Positions 54,990-64,000 of a DNA stretch of 64,000 nucleotides are shown one piece after another (position 1 is the first letter of the stretch; each line of letters opens with the position of its first letter). The DNA comes from Bacilli bacterium (GTDB taxonomy: Bacteria; Bacillota_I; Bacilli_A; RF39; UBA660). The notes below the pieces were generated by a model. The model made no database searches, had not been told where the DNA came from, and saw nothing but the letters and a program-made list of their open reading frames with translations. The stretch is taken from NCBI GenBank assembly GCA_017622175.1, contig JAGARQ010000027.1:6416-70415 (forward strand), written 5' to 3'. The position numbers were made by a program, and so were the translations under genes.

Positions 54990-55632
54990 CTATGGTGCTA
55001 TATTCTAACGAAACATCTCCAAATTCTATATCAAAGTCTCCATCTGCACGTGATGCATCTGGTGCATAAGATACAACTACAACTATTGGTTGTGATGTTC
55101 CTTTTTCAATTTTATGTCCTGATATACTTTCTCCAAAACTATAATTTTGTCCATTTATTGTTGTGACTATATTAATTCCTTCGCAGGCACTTTGTACTAG
55201 TGAATCTGTTGTATCACTTGCTGCAGTACATTTCTTATAAGAGGTCCCATTAATATTAGAAATATTTACTCCTGTTAGGTAGGCATCATATTCTCCAGTA
55301 TTATGTATATAAAAGGTTGTTGAAAGTGCTTGACCTGGTTCTGTAAATTGTGCAATTAATCCTGTTGCTGAGTTTTGGTACAAATTAGTTATTCCACCTT
55401 GGGCGCCATTTGTTCCTACTCCACTTACTACTGTTCCACTATTATTATTTGTAGTTACTGCATATTGACTAGATGAAAACACTACACTAAAGTTCTCACT
55501 ATTTGGAGTTATCGTTGCACTCGATGAAATATTTAATGTAGCAGAAAATGCTGCAAAGCCAACTGATATAGTAGATATTACTGCTACTAAAATTAATATT
55601 ATTGTCAGTTGTTTTTTTCTTATATTTTTCAT
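54979..55632 (-). CDS. Exported protein with a SipW-cognate-like signal; apparently truncated by a frameshift
   Basis: The signal is LTIILILVAVISTISVGFAAFSATLNISS, and TFYIHNTGEYDAYL is the xNTG block. Confidence 0.55.
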   Translation of the reverse strand: MKNIRKKQLTIILILVAVISTISVGFAAFSATLNISSSATITPNSENFSVVFSSSQYAVTTNNNSGTVVSGVGTNGAQGGITNLYQNSATGLIAQFTEPGQALSTTFYIHNTGEYDAYLTGVNISNINGTSYKKCTAASDTTDSLVQSACEGINIVTTINGQNYSFGESISGHKIEKGTSQPIVVVVSYAPDASRADGDFDIEFGDVSLEYSTIDNP

Positions 55633-55712
55633 ACTATTACTCCTATTTTATTTAAGTATACTTTGTTAATGATTTATAAACAATATTTTCATTGCAATTT
55701 TTACTTTTGTTT

Positions 55713-55742
55713 ACAAAAAAAGAAAGCAATTTATGCTTTCTT
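55713..55742 (-). terminator. pnp terminator
   Basis: A 9-bp stem AAGAAAGCA/TGCTTTCTT followed by T6. Confidence 0.7.
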
Positions 55743-55755
55743 TTGGTCTACTTTT

Positions 55756-57957
55756 TTAGTCTTCTGTTACTTCAATTACTTCTTCAGGTATGTTTAGTGG
55801 TTCTTCTTTTTCTTTTTTCTTTGGTTTTGGAAGAGCATCTTTTCTTGAGAAGTTTTGTCTTCCTTTTTTATCTGTACCTAAAGCTTTTACGATGATTTCG
55901 TCTCCTAGTTTAACTACGTCTTCTACTTTTTCAACTCTTTCGTGAGCTAATTGTGATACGTGTACTAGTCCTTCGCATCCTGGCCATAATTGTACGAAGC
56001 ATCCGAAATCTTCTACTTTTACTACTTTTGCATCATAGATTTTTCCTACTTCTACTTCACGGACGATTTCTTCAATCATAGCACGAGTCTTATCAATGAT
56101 TTCTTTATCTGTATGATAGATGATTACTCTTCCGTCATCTTCTAAGTCAACTTTAACAGCATTTACATTTGTAACTTCTGTAACGTTTGATGCTTCACAA
56201 ATAATCTTAGTAATCATTTCTCCACCACGTCCGATTACATCTTTAATCTTAGCTGGGTTAATCATAAATGTTACCATCTTTGGAGCATATTTAGATACTT
56301 CTGGTCTTGGTTCAGCGATTTGAGTAGTTATTGTATCTAAGATTTCCATTCTAGCTTTTTTAGCTTGAGCTAAAGCTTCTCTTAAGATATCTTCAGTAAT
56401 TCCTGAAATTTTGATATCCATTTGTAATGCAGTGATACCATCTTTAGTACCTGCTACTTTAAAGTCCATATCTCCTAAGTGATCTTCCATACCTTGGATA
56501 TCAGTTAAGATAATATAGTCATCACCATGAGTAATTAATCCCATTGCGATACCTGCAACTGGAGCTTTGATTGGAACTCCTGCTGCCATTAATGACATAC
56601 ATCCAGCACAGATTGATGCTTGAGATGATGAACCATTAGATTCTAGAATTTCTGATACAACACGAATTGTATATGGGAATTCTTCTTCTGATGGAATAAC
56701 TTGAGCTAAAGCTTTTTCTCCTAATGCTCCATGTCCAATTTCACGACGACCTGGTGCTCCATATCTTCCTGTTTCTCCTACTGAGAATTGTGGGAAGTTA
56801 TAATGTAACATAAATCTCTTTTGATCTTCTACTGATAGACCATCGATAATTTGATGTTCATTTAAAGCTCCTAATGTTGTTACTGAAAGAGCTTGAGTTT
56901 CTCCACGAGTAAATAATGCTGAACCATGAGTTCTTGGAAGTAAATCAATATCTGTTGATAATGGTCTGATTTCATCCATTGCTCTTCCGTCAGCTCTTTG
57001 TTTTTCTTTAACTACGATACTTCTGAATAATTCATATTCAACATCTGAAACTACCATGTTAACTTTAACTAGTAATTCTTTTAATTCTTGTTCTTTTAAA
57101 GTATCTTCATTTTCTTTTGTATAAAGTTCTACGATTTCTTCTCTTACTGCATCAATTGCTGCATACTTTTCAAGTTTATCTTTAATACGTAAAGCTTTAT
57201 CCATTTTATCTGTAGCTAATTCTTTAATTCTGTCGATTAATTCTTGTTCTGGAACTAGTGTTTCATACTCCATTTTTTCTTCACCAATTTCATTGATGAT
57301 TTCTTCTTGGAATGCGATTAATTCTTTAATAGCTTTGTGTCCGAACATTAATGCTTCTAACATTACATCTTCAGGTACTTGTTTAGCACTTGATTCAACC
57401 ATGTTAATTGCTTCTTTTGTACCAGCTACTGTTAATTCTAATTCTGATTTTTCTAATTGTTCTGGAGTTGGGTTAATAATTAATTCTCCATCAACTCTAC
57501 CAACTTTTACTCCAGCAATTGGTCCATTAAATGGAATCTTTGAAATTGATACTGCTAGAGATGAAGCAAACATTGCAGTTAATTCTGGTGAACATTCTTG
57601 TTCAACTGATAAAACGGTTGAAATGATTTGTACTTCATTTTTGAATCCTTCAGGGAATAATGGTCTCATTGGACGGTCAATCATACGTGCTGCTAAAGTA
57701 GCTGCTTCTGTTGGGCGTCCTTCTCTTTTAATAAATCCTCCTGGGATTTTTCCTACTGAGTAAAGTTTTTCTTGATAATTTACTGTTAGTGGGAAAAAGT
57801 CAGATAATAAGTTAACAGATTTTGAAACTACTGCTGCAGTTAAAATTACTGTATCATTATATCTTACTAATACTGAACCATCAGCTTGTTTTGCTAGTTC
57901 TCCATGTTCAACAACAAGTTTTCTTCCATGAAAATCTAATTCAAATACTTTTTTCAT
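55756..57957 (-). CDS. pnp: Polynucleotide phosphorylase
   Basis: 733 aa with two RNase PH domains, KH and S1 ([18 protein letters not shown]). Confidence 0.95.
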   Translation of the reverse strand: MKKVFELDFHGRKLVVEHGELAKQADGSVLVRYNDTVILTAAVVSKSVNLLSDFFPLTVNYQEKLYSVGKIPGGFIKREGRPTEAATLAARMIDRPMRPLFPEGFKNEVQIISTVLSVEQECSPELTAMFASSLAVSISKIPFNGPIAGVKVGRVDGELIINPTPEQLEKSELELTVAGTKEAINMVESSAKQVPEDVMLEALMFGHKAIKELIAFQEEIINEIGEEKMEYETLVPEQELIDRIKELATDKMDKALRIKDKLEKYAAIDAVREEIVELYTKENEDTLKEQELKELLVKVNMVVSDVEYELFRSIVVKEKQRADGRAMDEIRPLSTDIDLLPRTHGSALFTRGETQALSVTTLGALNEHQIIDGLSVEDQKRFMLHYNFPQFSVGETGRYGAPGRREIGHGALGEKALAQVIPSEEEFPYTIRVVSEILESNGSSSQASICAGCMSLMAAGVPIKAPVAGIAMGLITHGDDYIILTDIQGMEDHLGDMDFKVAGTKDGITALQMDIKISGITEDILREALAQAKKARMEILDTITTQIAEPRPEVSKYAPKMVTFMINPAKIKDVIGRGGEMITKIICEASNVTEVTNVNAVKVDLEDDGRVIIYHTDKEIIDKTRAMIEEIVREVEVGKIYDAKVVKVEDFGCFVQLWPGCEGLVHVSQLAHERVEKVEDVVKLGDEIIVKALGTDKKGRQNFSRKDALPKPKKKEKEEPLNIPEEVIEVTED

Positions 57958-57988
57958 TTTACTTCTCCATTCTTAATAATTTGTCTAC

Positions 57989-58315
57989 TTATTTCTTGCG
58001 ATTACGATAAATTAAAATTGCGTCTTTTCTTGAGATGTTATGTCTAATAGAAAGATCGCTAAATGGCTTTTCGAACATTACTACTTTTTTACCCTTTAAT
58101 TTATTTGGATATGTTTCTTGATATTTTACAATTTTATAACAACCAAATCCAATTAAATCAAATGCATGATTTCCAATTTTGTAGAATAGACTTTCACCTT
58201 CATGCATAGGAACGTTTCCTACTGTATCAAAAGATGATGGATAATAATCTTCTCCTGGAATTCTTGCATATTCTATTTTAGCAATGTCTCCAAATATTAA
58301 GTTTTTTACTCTCAT
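57989..58315 (-). CDS. 108-aa hypothetical protein inserted between rpsO and pnp
   Basis: The start is reset to MRVKNLIFGD (G-rich RBS). No motif recognised. Confidence 0.45.
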   Translation of the reverse strand: MRVKNLIFGDIAKIEYARIPGEDYYPSSFDTVGNVPMHEGESLFYKIGNHAFDLIGFGCYKIVKYQETYPNKLKGKKVVMFEKPFSDLSIRHNISRKDAILIYRNRKK

Positions 58316-58332
58316 GTTTTTCCCCCCCTGGA

Positions 58333-58364
58333 ATAAAAAAATAGACACAAAAAATTCGTGTCTA
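58333..58364 (-). terminator. rpsO terminator
   Basis: TAGACAC-9 nt-GTGTCTA followed by T7. Confidence 0.7.
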
Positions 58365-58370
58365 CTTTTA

Positions 58371-58640
58371 TTATTTTCTTAAACCTAATTTTTTGATTAC
58401 TTCGCGATAACTTTGGATATCTTTCTTAGCTAAGTATTGTAACATATTTCTACGTTGTCCAACTTTCTTTAAAAGACCTCTGTTAGAATGATAATCATGA
58501 GTATGAACTTTTAAGTGAGCAGTTAAATCGTTGATTTCTTTTGTAAGAATAGCAATTTGTACTTCTGCTGAACCTGTGTCCTTTTCATTCTTAGCGAATT
58601 CTTTAATAATTAGTGCTTTTTCTTCTTTTGTTAAAGCCAT
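58371..58640 (-). CDS. rpsO: 30S ribosomal protein S15
   Basis: [15 protein letters not shown]...[11 protein letters not shown]...[17 protein letters not shown]. Confidence 0.95.
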   Translation of the reverse strand: MALTKEEKALIIKEFAKNEKDTGSAEVQIAILTKEINDLTAHLKVHTHDYHSNRGLLKKVGQRRNMLQYLAKKDIQSYREVIKKLGLRK

Positions 58641-58753
58641 TATTAACACTTCCTTTCTTTATAATTCACCACTACTTAGTAAGAAGTCGGAAATTCTTCA
58701 AACCGAGTACCGGTAAGCAATAGTATTATAACCTATTTTTTTCTATTATGCAA
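58641..58753 (-). promoter_or_regulatory. rpsO promoter and ~75-nt leader (possible S15 autoregulatory element)
   Basis: The minus strand reads TTGCAT, a 17-nt spacer, then TATAAT (58725-58753). The leader has short hairpins (ACCG-GTACT-CGGT). The S15-leader assignment is not verified. Confidence 0.4.
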
Positions 58754-58758
58754 GTAAT

Positions 58759-59937
58759 TTATTCTACTAATGTTTTTACATATTGATATGGTTGTTTAGA
58801 TGCATATTCACGTACTTCATCTTCTCTTGACTTGGGTGTAGACCTAGAATTTCTTACAACTGATGTATCTTCGCCTTCATAGTTTACATTTGCTAAATAT
58901 CTTTGATGAAATTTTTTGGCAAAGGAATTAAATCTTGTTAAAACTTCGCTTGTACTTCCTTTGGCGATTTCTTCTCTACTTATTCCAGCAATAATCATTG
59001 CTTCAAGATAAGATTTGAAATTTTCATATTCTGCTGTTGGTGTTGTACTATATCCACCTTTTTCTTGTAGTATTGTCATCAAACCTTGATAGTCAGTTTG
59101 TTCAAGGATTGTTAAATCAAATAATATTTTTGCTTGATTTATTGGCTGTTCAAAATACCAGTCTCCAAAAAAAACAGCATCACTTGTGGCATTTAAATCA
59201 ATTGCTTTAATGTTTCCATCTTTTGCAGCTTCAGAAATAAATTTAATATCATCTTGAAACCCAAAATATGATATACAAAATTCTAATTCTTCACGTGTAG
59301 TAGGATTCCATAATATATCTAATAATGCACTATGTGATTGTCCTAGTTTTTTTATTCTTTCATATACACCTTGACGATTTTCTAGTCTTGTTAAATAGTT
59401 TTGAATGCTTTCTTCAAAAGCAGCTTGTTCTTGTCTTTTTCTTTCTGCTTGATTTTCCTTTTCAGCAAGACATTCTAAATATTTTTGGCATAATTCAAGT
59501 TCAGGTTCTGTCTTTGGACTATGTATTATTCTTTTTAATTCTGTTTTTACCCAACTTTTTAATTCATCTTGTATGCCAAGTTCAGGGTGATATTCATATA
59601 ACTTACTTAAATAATGTTTAATGATATTTTCAGTGCCCCATCCTAAAGAAACATCCATCAATCTGTATGAAAGTTTTTTTCTTATTTGTATATGAATATC
59701 TTTTTCTTGAAGTTTTTTATCTAGTTCTTTTAAAAAGTCAGTTCCATCAGTTAGAAATTTAAAACAATAAGCAGCAAAAACTGCTTCTGCATAATCTTTT
59801 GGTTCAATAAGTATTAAATCAAAATCTTGCTCTTCATGTGGAAGAGTCATCTTCTTTTTCTGATATTCAGTTAACTTATTCTTATAGTTACTTATCATTT
59901 GATCACCATATTCATCAAAATACCATGAATTTGCCAT
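58759..59937 (-). CDS. 392-aa hypothetical cytoplasmic protein
   Basis: The start is reset to MANSWYFDEYG (GAGGGGGA RBS 8 nt upstream). No motif recognised. Confidence 0.5.
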   Translation of the reverse strand: MANSWYFDEYGDQMISNYKNKLTEYQKKKMTLPHEEQDFDLILIEPKDYAEAVFAAYCFKFLTDGTDFLKELDKKLQEKDIHIQIRKKLSYRLMDVSLGWGTENIIKHYLSKLYEYHPELGIQDELKSWVKTELKRIIHSPKTEPELELCQKYLECLAEKENQAERKRQEQAAFEESIQNYLTRLENRQGVYERIKKLGQSHSALLDILWNPTTREELEFCISYFGFQDDIKFISEAAKDGNIKAIDLNATSDAVFFGDWYFEQPINQAKILFDLTILEQTDYQGLMTILQEKGGYSTTPTAEYENFKSYLEAMIIAGISREEIAKGSTSEVLTRFNSFAKKFHQRYLANVNYEGEDTSVVRNSRSTPKSREDEVREYASKQPYQYVKTLVE

Positions 59938-60088
59938 AATCAAATCCCCCTCTTTCATATGTGGGCATATTATACTATATTTAGTCTTTTTTGTCAATTT
60001 TGACTAGATTTGATGTAAAGATGTTTTCTTTTATTTTGAGATATTTTCTTTTGGTATTTTTTTTGATATATTGATTATGGTGATTATT

Positions 60089-60772
60089 ATGGATATAAAG
60101 AAATTATTAAAAAACGTTGGCCATGCCATATTAATATTTTTATTATTTAATTATAGTTGGATGTTTCAATTAATACCTGTGATGTTATTTAATTTAGATG
60201 TTGAAAAGTTAAGTGATAAGACTGGTGTTATGCTTACGACATTTTCTTCTTTAGCACTTGCTATAACATTGTTTATTATTTATAGAAAAAGTATTATTGA
60301 AGAGTTTAAAAAATTTAAAAATAAATTTTGGGATAATTTTGATATAGGTGTTAAGTGTTGGTTCTTTGGATTACTTGCAATGATAATATTTAATACTTTA
60401 ATTGTAAAAGTATTTTCTGGTGGAGGTGCAGCTAATGAAGAAGCTGTACAAGAAATGATTAATGTTCTACCATGGTTAATGCTTATTAATGCCGGTTTTC
60501 TTGCTCCATTTAATGAAGAACTTGTATTTAGAAAATCAATTAAAAATATATTTAATAATAAATGGTTTTATGCAGGTCTTTCAGGTTTATTATTTGGACT
60601 TGCTCATGTATTAGGGCAAACTAGTGTATGGACAGATTGGTTATATATATTACCTTATGGCAGTTTAGGATTTGCTTTTGCAATTAGTTATCATAAAACT
60701 GATTCAGTATTTACACCAATACTATTTCATACATTACATAATGTAGTTTTAATAATTATTTCAATAATATAA
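60089..60772 (+). CDS. CPBP-family intramembrane glutamic endopeptidase
   Basis: NEELVFRK (EExxxR), LFGLAHV (FxxxH) and FHTLHN. Confidence 0.75.
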   Translation: MDIKKLLKNVGHAILIFLLFNYSWMFQLIPVMLFNLDVEKLSDKTGVMLTTFSSLALAITLFIIYRKSIIEEFKKFKNKFWDNFDIGVKCWFFGLLAMIIFNTLIVKVFSGGGAANEEAVQEMINVLPWLMLINAGFLAPFNEELVFRKSIKNIFNNKWFYAGLSGLLFGLAHVLGQTSVWTDWLYILPYGSLGFAFAISYHKTDSVFTPILFHTLHNVVLIIISII

Positions 60773-60786
60773 AAAAGCATATTTAA

Positions 60787-61239
60787 CTATGCTTTTTTTG
60801 TTGTACTTTTCTTTGTATTAGTTGTCTTTTTTGTTGTTGATTTTTTTGTTGAAGTTGTTGCTTTTGTTGTTGTTTTCTTTTTTGTTTGTGGTTTCTTTTT
60901 TGAAACTTCTTTTTTTTCTACTTTTTCTTCTTTTGGTTCTCTTGGTGCTACTTCAATTTTTCTAGCAACTACTGTATTTTCTGTTTTATAGTTTCTATAA
61001 TCTTTATTGAATTTCTTTTCACTTATATATTCAGCAGCTACTCCTGCTACTAAGATAAGTAAGTTAATTATAATTAATGCCATAAATACTGGAAGTTTAA
61101 TTGTTGAGAAAATCCCAAGTAAAATTAATACTACTGAAAATGCCATTGATATAATTAATGAAACTGAACTTATTGTCATTAATAAATAGTTTTTCTTATT
61201 TTCTTTTTTGTGAATTTTTTTGTATTCTTTTTTTTCCAT
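60787..61239 (-). CDS. Small membrane protein with a K/T-rich low-complexity tail
   Basis: Two TM helices, then KKPQTKKKTTTKATTSTKKSTTKKTTNTKKSTTKKA. The start is uncertain, because the track start overlaps the patatin gene by 44 nt. Confidence 0.45.
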   Translation of the reverse strand: MEKKEYKKIHKKENKKNYLLMTISSVSLIISMAFSVVLILLGIFSTIKLPVFMALIIINLLILVAGVAAEYISEKKFNKDYRNYKTENTVVARKIEVAPREPKEEKVEKKEVSKKKPQTKKKTTTKATTSTKKSTTKKTTNTKKSTTKKA

Positions 61240-62098
61240 ATACCTCTACCTCTCCTGATAAAAAACTCTTTATATTTGGAAGCAATTCTTTACAATCGCT
61301 TACGCCTAAATCATACATTTCTTGAAGTTTATTTGTGTTGCGTTCTATTCTTTTTATTTTTAAATCTTTTGTTGGTCTTACAACTATTATTTCTTTTTTA
61401 TTTTCTAAGTCAATTATTTTTTCAATAGTATCATTATACTTTTGATATCTTGTATTAATTGCCTCTATAAGATTAGGATACTCTTTATATTTAATTTTTG
61501 CAAGTATTTGCAATGGTTTTTTCTTTTTATAGTTTAATGGTCTTGTTAAAACTACTATTAATTTGTCATATCCTAAGTCTTTTGCTTTTTCAATTGGAAT
61601 ACTATCTCCAAGTGCTCCATCTAAATATAATTCATTATCTATTTCTACCATTTGTGACACAAATGGCATAGCTCCTGTTGCTCTAAAAACTTCCATTTGT
61701 TTTTCTGTATTTTTTATTTTTACGTATTCAGCTTTTCCTGTTTTAACGTTAGTTATTGTTGCGTAAAAATCAGTTTTTGATTTTCTAAATGTTTTTTCAT
61801 CGAAGACATCTAATTTAAATGGCAATTCATTAAAAGCAAAATCTTTATTAATTAGATTTCCGGTTTTTATTAAGTTTTTAAAACTCATGTAATCTACTGA
61901 TTTATCATTAATATATTTTTTATTATATCTAAGTGCTCTACCTATTTGTTTTGAACAATAATTTATTCCAAATAAGGCTCCTGCAGATACACCAATAATT
62001 CCATCTACATGAAGATTGTTTTCTAGTAATACATCTAGTACTCCAGATGTATACATACCACGCATTGCACCGCCTTCTAAGATTAAACATGTTTTCAT
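61196..62098 (-). CDS. Patatin-like phospholipase
   Basis: GGAMRG (oxyanion), GVSAGA (GxSxG) and DGALGD (catalytic Asp). Confidence 0.8.
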   Translation of the reverse strand: MKTCLILEGGAMRGMYTSGVLDVLLENNLHVDGIIGVSAGALFGINYCSKQIGRALRYNKKYINDKSVDYMSFKNLIKTGNLINKDFAFNELPFKLDVFDEKTFRKSKTDFYATITNVKTGKAEYVKIKNTEKQMEVFRATGAMPFVSQMVEIDNELYLDGALGDSIPIEKAKDLGYDKLIVVLTRPLNYKKKKPLQILAKIKYKEYPNLIEAINTRYQKYNDTIEKIIDLENKKEIIVVRPTKDLKIKRIERNTNKLQEMYDLGVSDCKELLPNIKSFLSGEVEVYGKKRIQKNSQKRK

Positions 62099-62140
62099 AA
62101 CATCTCTTCCTTTTTACTGCTTTATATTATAACATAAAAA

Positions 62141-62689
62141 TTACTTTTTGTAAAAAGCACAAGTTGTTTCATGATCGTTTATTACTCCAATTGCTTGAAG
62201 ATATGAATAGATAATTGTTGAACCTACAAACTTCATTCCACGTCTAATTAAATCTTTTGATACTTTATCTGATAAGTCTGATGTTGTTTTAAAATCATCA
62301 TTTATATTTTTAATTATTTTATTATTTGTAAATGACCAAATATAGTTTGAAAAACTATTAAATTCTTTTTGTATTTCCATAAATATTTTAGCATTATTTA
62401 TAGCAGCTTTTATTTTTAATTTATTTCTAATTATTCCTGAATTAGTCATTAATTCGTTTATTTTATTTTCATCATAGTTTGCAATTTTTTTGTAATCAAA
62501 ATTATCAAATGCTTTTTTGAAATTTTCTCTTTTATTTAAAATTGTTTCCCATGATAGTCCTGCTTGAAATGATTCTAAAATTAAAAATTCAAACATGTAG
62601 TTATCATCATAGTTTGGAACTCCCCATTCATGATCATGATAGTAGACATATAATTCATTATTTTCATTTAACCATTTACATCTTTTCAT
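62141..62689 (-). CDS. tag: DNA-3-methyladenine glycosylase I
   Basis: MKRCKWLNENNELYVYYHDHEWGVP. The start is reset (AGGAG RBS 5 nt upstream). Confidence 0.85.
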   Translation of the reverse strand: MKRCKWLNENNELYVYYHDHEWGVPNYDDNYMFEFLILESFQAGLSWETILNKRENFKKAFDNFDYKKIANYDENKINELMTNSGIIRNKLKIKAAINNAKIFMEIQKEFNSFSNYIWSFTNNKIIKNINDDFKTTSDLSDKVSKDLIRRGMKFVGSTIIYSYLQAIGVINDHETTCAFYKK

Positions 62690-62696
62690 AATTCTC

Positions 62697-63257
62697 CTAT
62701 AAAACATTTAAATGTTCTAGTAATATTTTTAAACCTATTATTACGAGGGTTATTCCTCCAAATGTTTCTGCTTTCTTTTCTAATTTATTACCAACTTTAT
62801 TACCTATTATAACACCAATTATGGAAATTAAAAATGTTGTGATAGTGATAATTAGTGATGCTTTTAGTACGTTAACTTTTAAAAATGCAAAAGTTATACC
62901 TATTGCTAAAGCATCAATACTTGTTGCTAAGGCAAGTGGAAACATTGTTTTAAAATTAATATTTTGATCTAGCGTTTCTGTTTCATTTGATAGTGAATCT
63001 TTAATCATATTTATACCTATTATACTTAGTAAAACAAATGCTACCCAATGATCTATTTTAATAATTATTTCTTGAAATGATACACCTAAAATAAAACCAA
63101 TTATTGGCATTATTCCTTGAAATATTCCAAAGTATGTTCCAACTGTTATAGTATGTTTTATTGTTACTTTTTTTAATGCTAGTCCTTTACATATTGCAAC
63201 TGCAAAGGCATCCATAGCAAGAGATACTCCTATTAAAAATATTTCTAGATTTGTCAT
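62697..63257 (-). CDS. mntP: Manganese efflux pump MntP
   Basis: 186 aa, six TM helices, GVSLAMDAFAVA and a second DA motif (TSIDALAIG). Confidence 0.8.
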   Translation of the reverse strand: MTNLEIFLIGVSLAMDAFAVAICKGLALKKVTIKHTITVGTYFGIFQGIMPIIGFILGVSFQEIIIKIDHWVAFVLLSIIGINMIKDSLSNETETLDQNINFKTMFPLALATSIDALAIGITFAFLKVNVLKASLIITITTFLISIIGVIIGNKVGNKLEKKAETFGGITLVIIGLKILLEHLNVL

Positions 63258-63293
63258 GTTTTCTCCTTTAAGAAAATATAAAAAGAGTAATCA

Positions 63294-64000
63294 CTACTCT
63301 TTTATATTAAAATATTTATAAATATCTTCTACTGTTTTTTCAATATCTAAATTTAGTTCTTTTTTCAATTCATTAATTTTTCCATGATTTATATATTTAT
63401 TATCTATACCAGTTAATTTTATTTTATTTTTAGCTTCTTTATGATTAAAATATTCTAAAATATTTGTTCCTAAAGAATTTGTTTTTATATTTGTTTCATA
63501 AATATATATTTTTTGTTTGGTGCGAATTAATTCTTTTAAGATATTTTTATCTATTGGTTTTATATATCTTGCATTTATTATATTAATATTTTTATCTTTT
63601 AATTTTTCATATAATTTAGATACATCTGTTCCATAACTTATTACTGTATTTTTACAACCTTTTACTTTTTGAAGATATTTCCATGTTCCTACAGGTAATT
63701 CTTTAAACTCTGTTTTATTAAATTCTATTGAATCTCTTTCATAACGAATACAGAATGGCTTATCTTGTTTATAAAAACCAGTATATAAAAGATTTCTAAT
63801 TTCTTCTGAATCTTTTCCCATACAGATAACCATGTTTGGAATTGAATTTAAGAAACTAATATCAAATACTCCATGATGAGTTTCTCCATCTTCTCCTACT
63901 AAACCTGCTCTATCTATACCAATTACTACATGAGCATTCATTCTGGCAATATCATGATTTATATTGTCATAAGCTCTTTGTAGAAATGATGAGTATATTG
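63294..64000 (-). CDS. dxs: 1-deoxy-D-xylulose-5-phosphate synthase, C-terminal part; the 5' end lies outside the window
   Basis: The frame is open to the window edge (..SSFLQRAYDNINHDIARMNAHVVIGIDRAGLVGEDGETHHGVFDISFL). Confidence 0.85.
   Translation of the reverse strand, partial: IYSSFLQRAYDNINHDIARMNAHVVIGIDRAGLVGEDGETHHGVFDISFLNSIPNMVICMGKDSEEIRNLLYTGFYKQDKPFCIRYERDSIEFNKTEFKELPVGTWKYLQKVKGCKNTVISYGTDVSKLYEKLKDKNINIINARYIKPIDKNILKELIRTKQKIYIYETNIKTNSLGTNILEYFNHKEAKNKIKLTGIDNKYINHGKINELKKELNLDIEKTVEDIYKYFNIKE

Noticed and set aside
63258-63293. A yybP-ykoY manganese riboswitch upstream of mntP.
   Set aside because: Only 36 nt separate mntP from dxs, which is too short for the riboswitch. 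No conserved elements are visible.
1-64000. A prophage, ICE or genomic island with integrase or tRNA boundaries.
   Set aside because: I recognised no integrase, recombinase, phage structural gene or tRNA anywhere in the window. The accessory character of 1-17 kb rests on gene content only.

Overview
AT-rich (about 70% A+T by eye) chromosomal segment of a low-GC Firmicute. Gene content points to a spore-former of the Erysipelotrichales/Clostridia type: short SMC, ThrRS without a TGS domain, a YjcZ-like peptide and a SEDS protein. Nearly every gene is on the minus strand. Positions 17-64 kb are mostly housekeeping. They hold an APH-type kinase with an ABC-2 exporter, a flavin reductase-rubredoxin fusion, mraZ-rsmH-ftsL-PBP2B, thrS with a Thr T-box, dnaI, comEA/comEC, and a DHH phosphoesterase. 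They also hold a SEDS protein, def, smc, rpsO/pnp, a CPBP protease, patatin, tag, mntP and the 3' part of dxs. I recognised no rRNA, tRNA, CRISPR array, transposase or integrase. Positions 1-17 kb are accessory and organised in three minus-strand transcription units. Unit 1 has four tandem TasA-like paralogues with SipW-cognate-type signal anchors, plus a 50-aa acidic peptide and a 544-aa cytoplasmic protein. Unit 2 has a 1224-aa GLUG/beta-helix-like surface giant, two small SipW-type substrates and a catalytically dead S26 peptidase homologue. Unit 3 is the best candidate for an undescribed system. It combines an intact SipW-type peptidase fused to a roughly 480-aa cytoplasmic tail, a membrane-tethered McrB-lineage AAA+ ATPase, and a McrC/DUF2357-like partner truncated by the window edge. 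Other points of interest: a candidate type I toxin-antitoxin pair, a compositionally atypical 1364-aa coiled-coil/PT-repeat protein, and a TPR-HD-TPR trio sharing an unrecognised C-terminal domain. There are also two YhcG-type nuclease paralogues (one decayed) carrying GC-rich palindromes at the same codon positions, and a gene split at a C4 homopolymer. All functional calls rest on motif recognition by eye; no searches were run.
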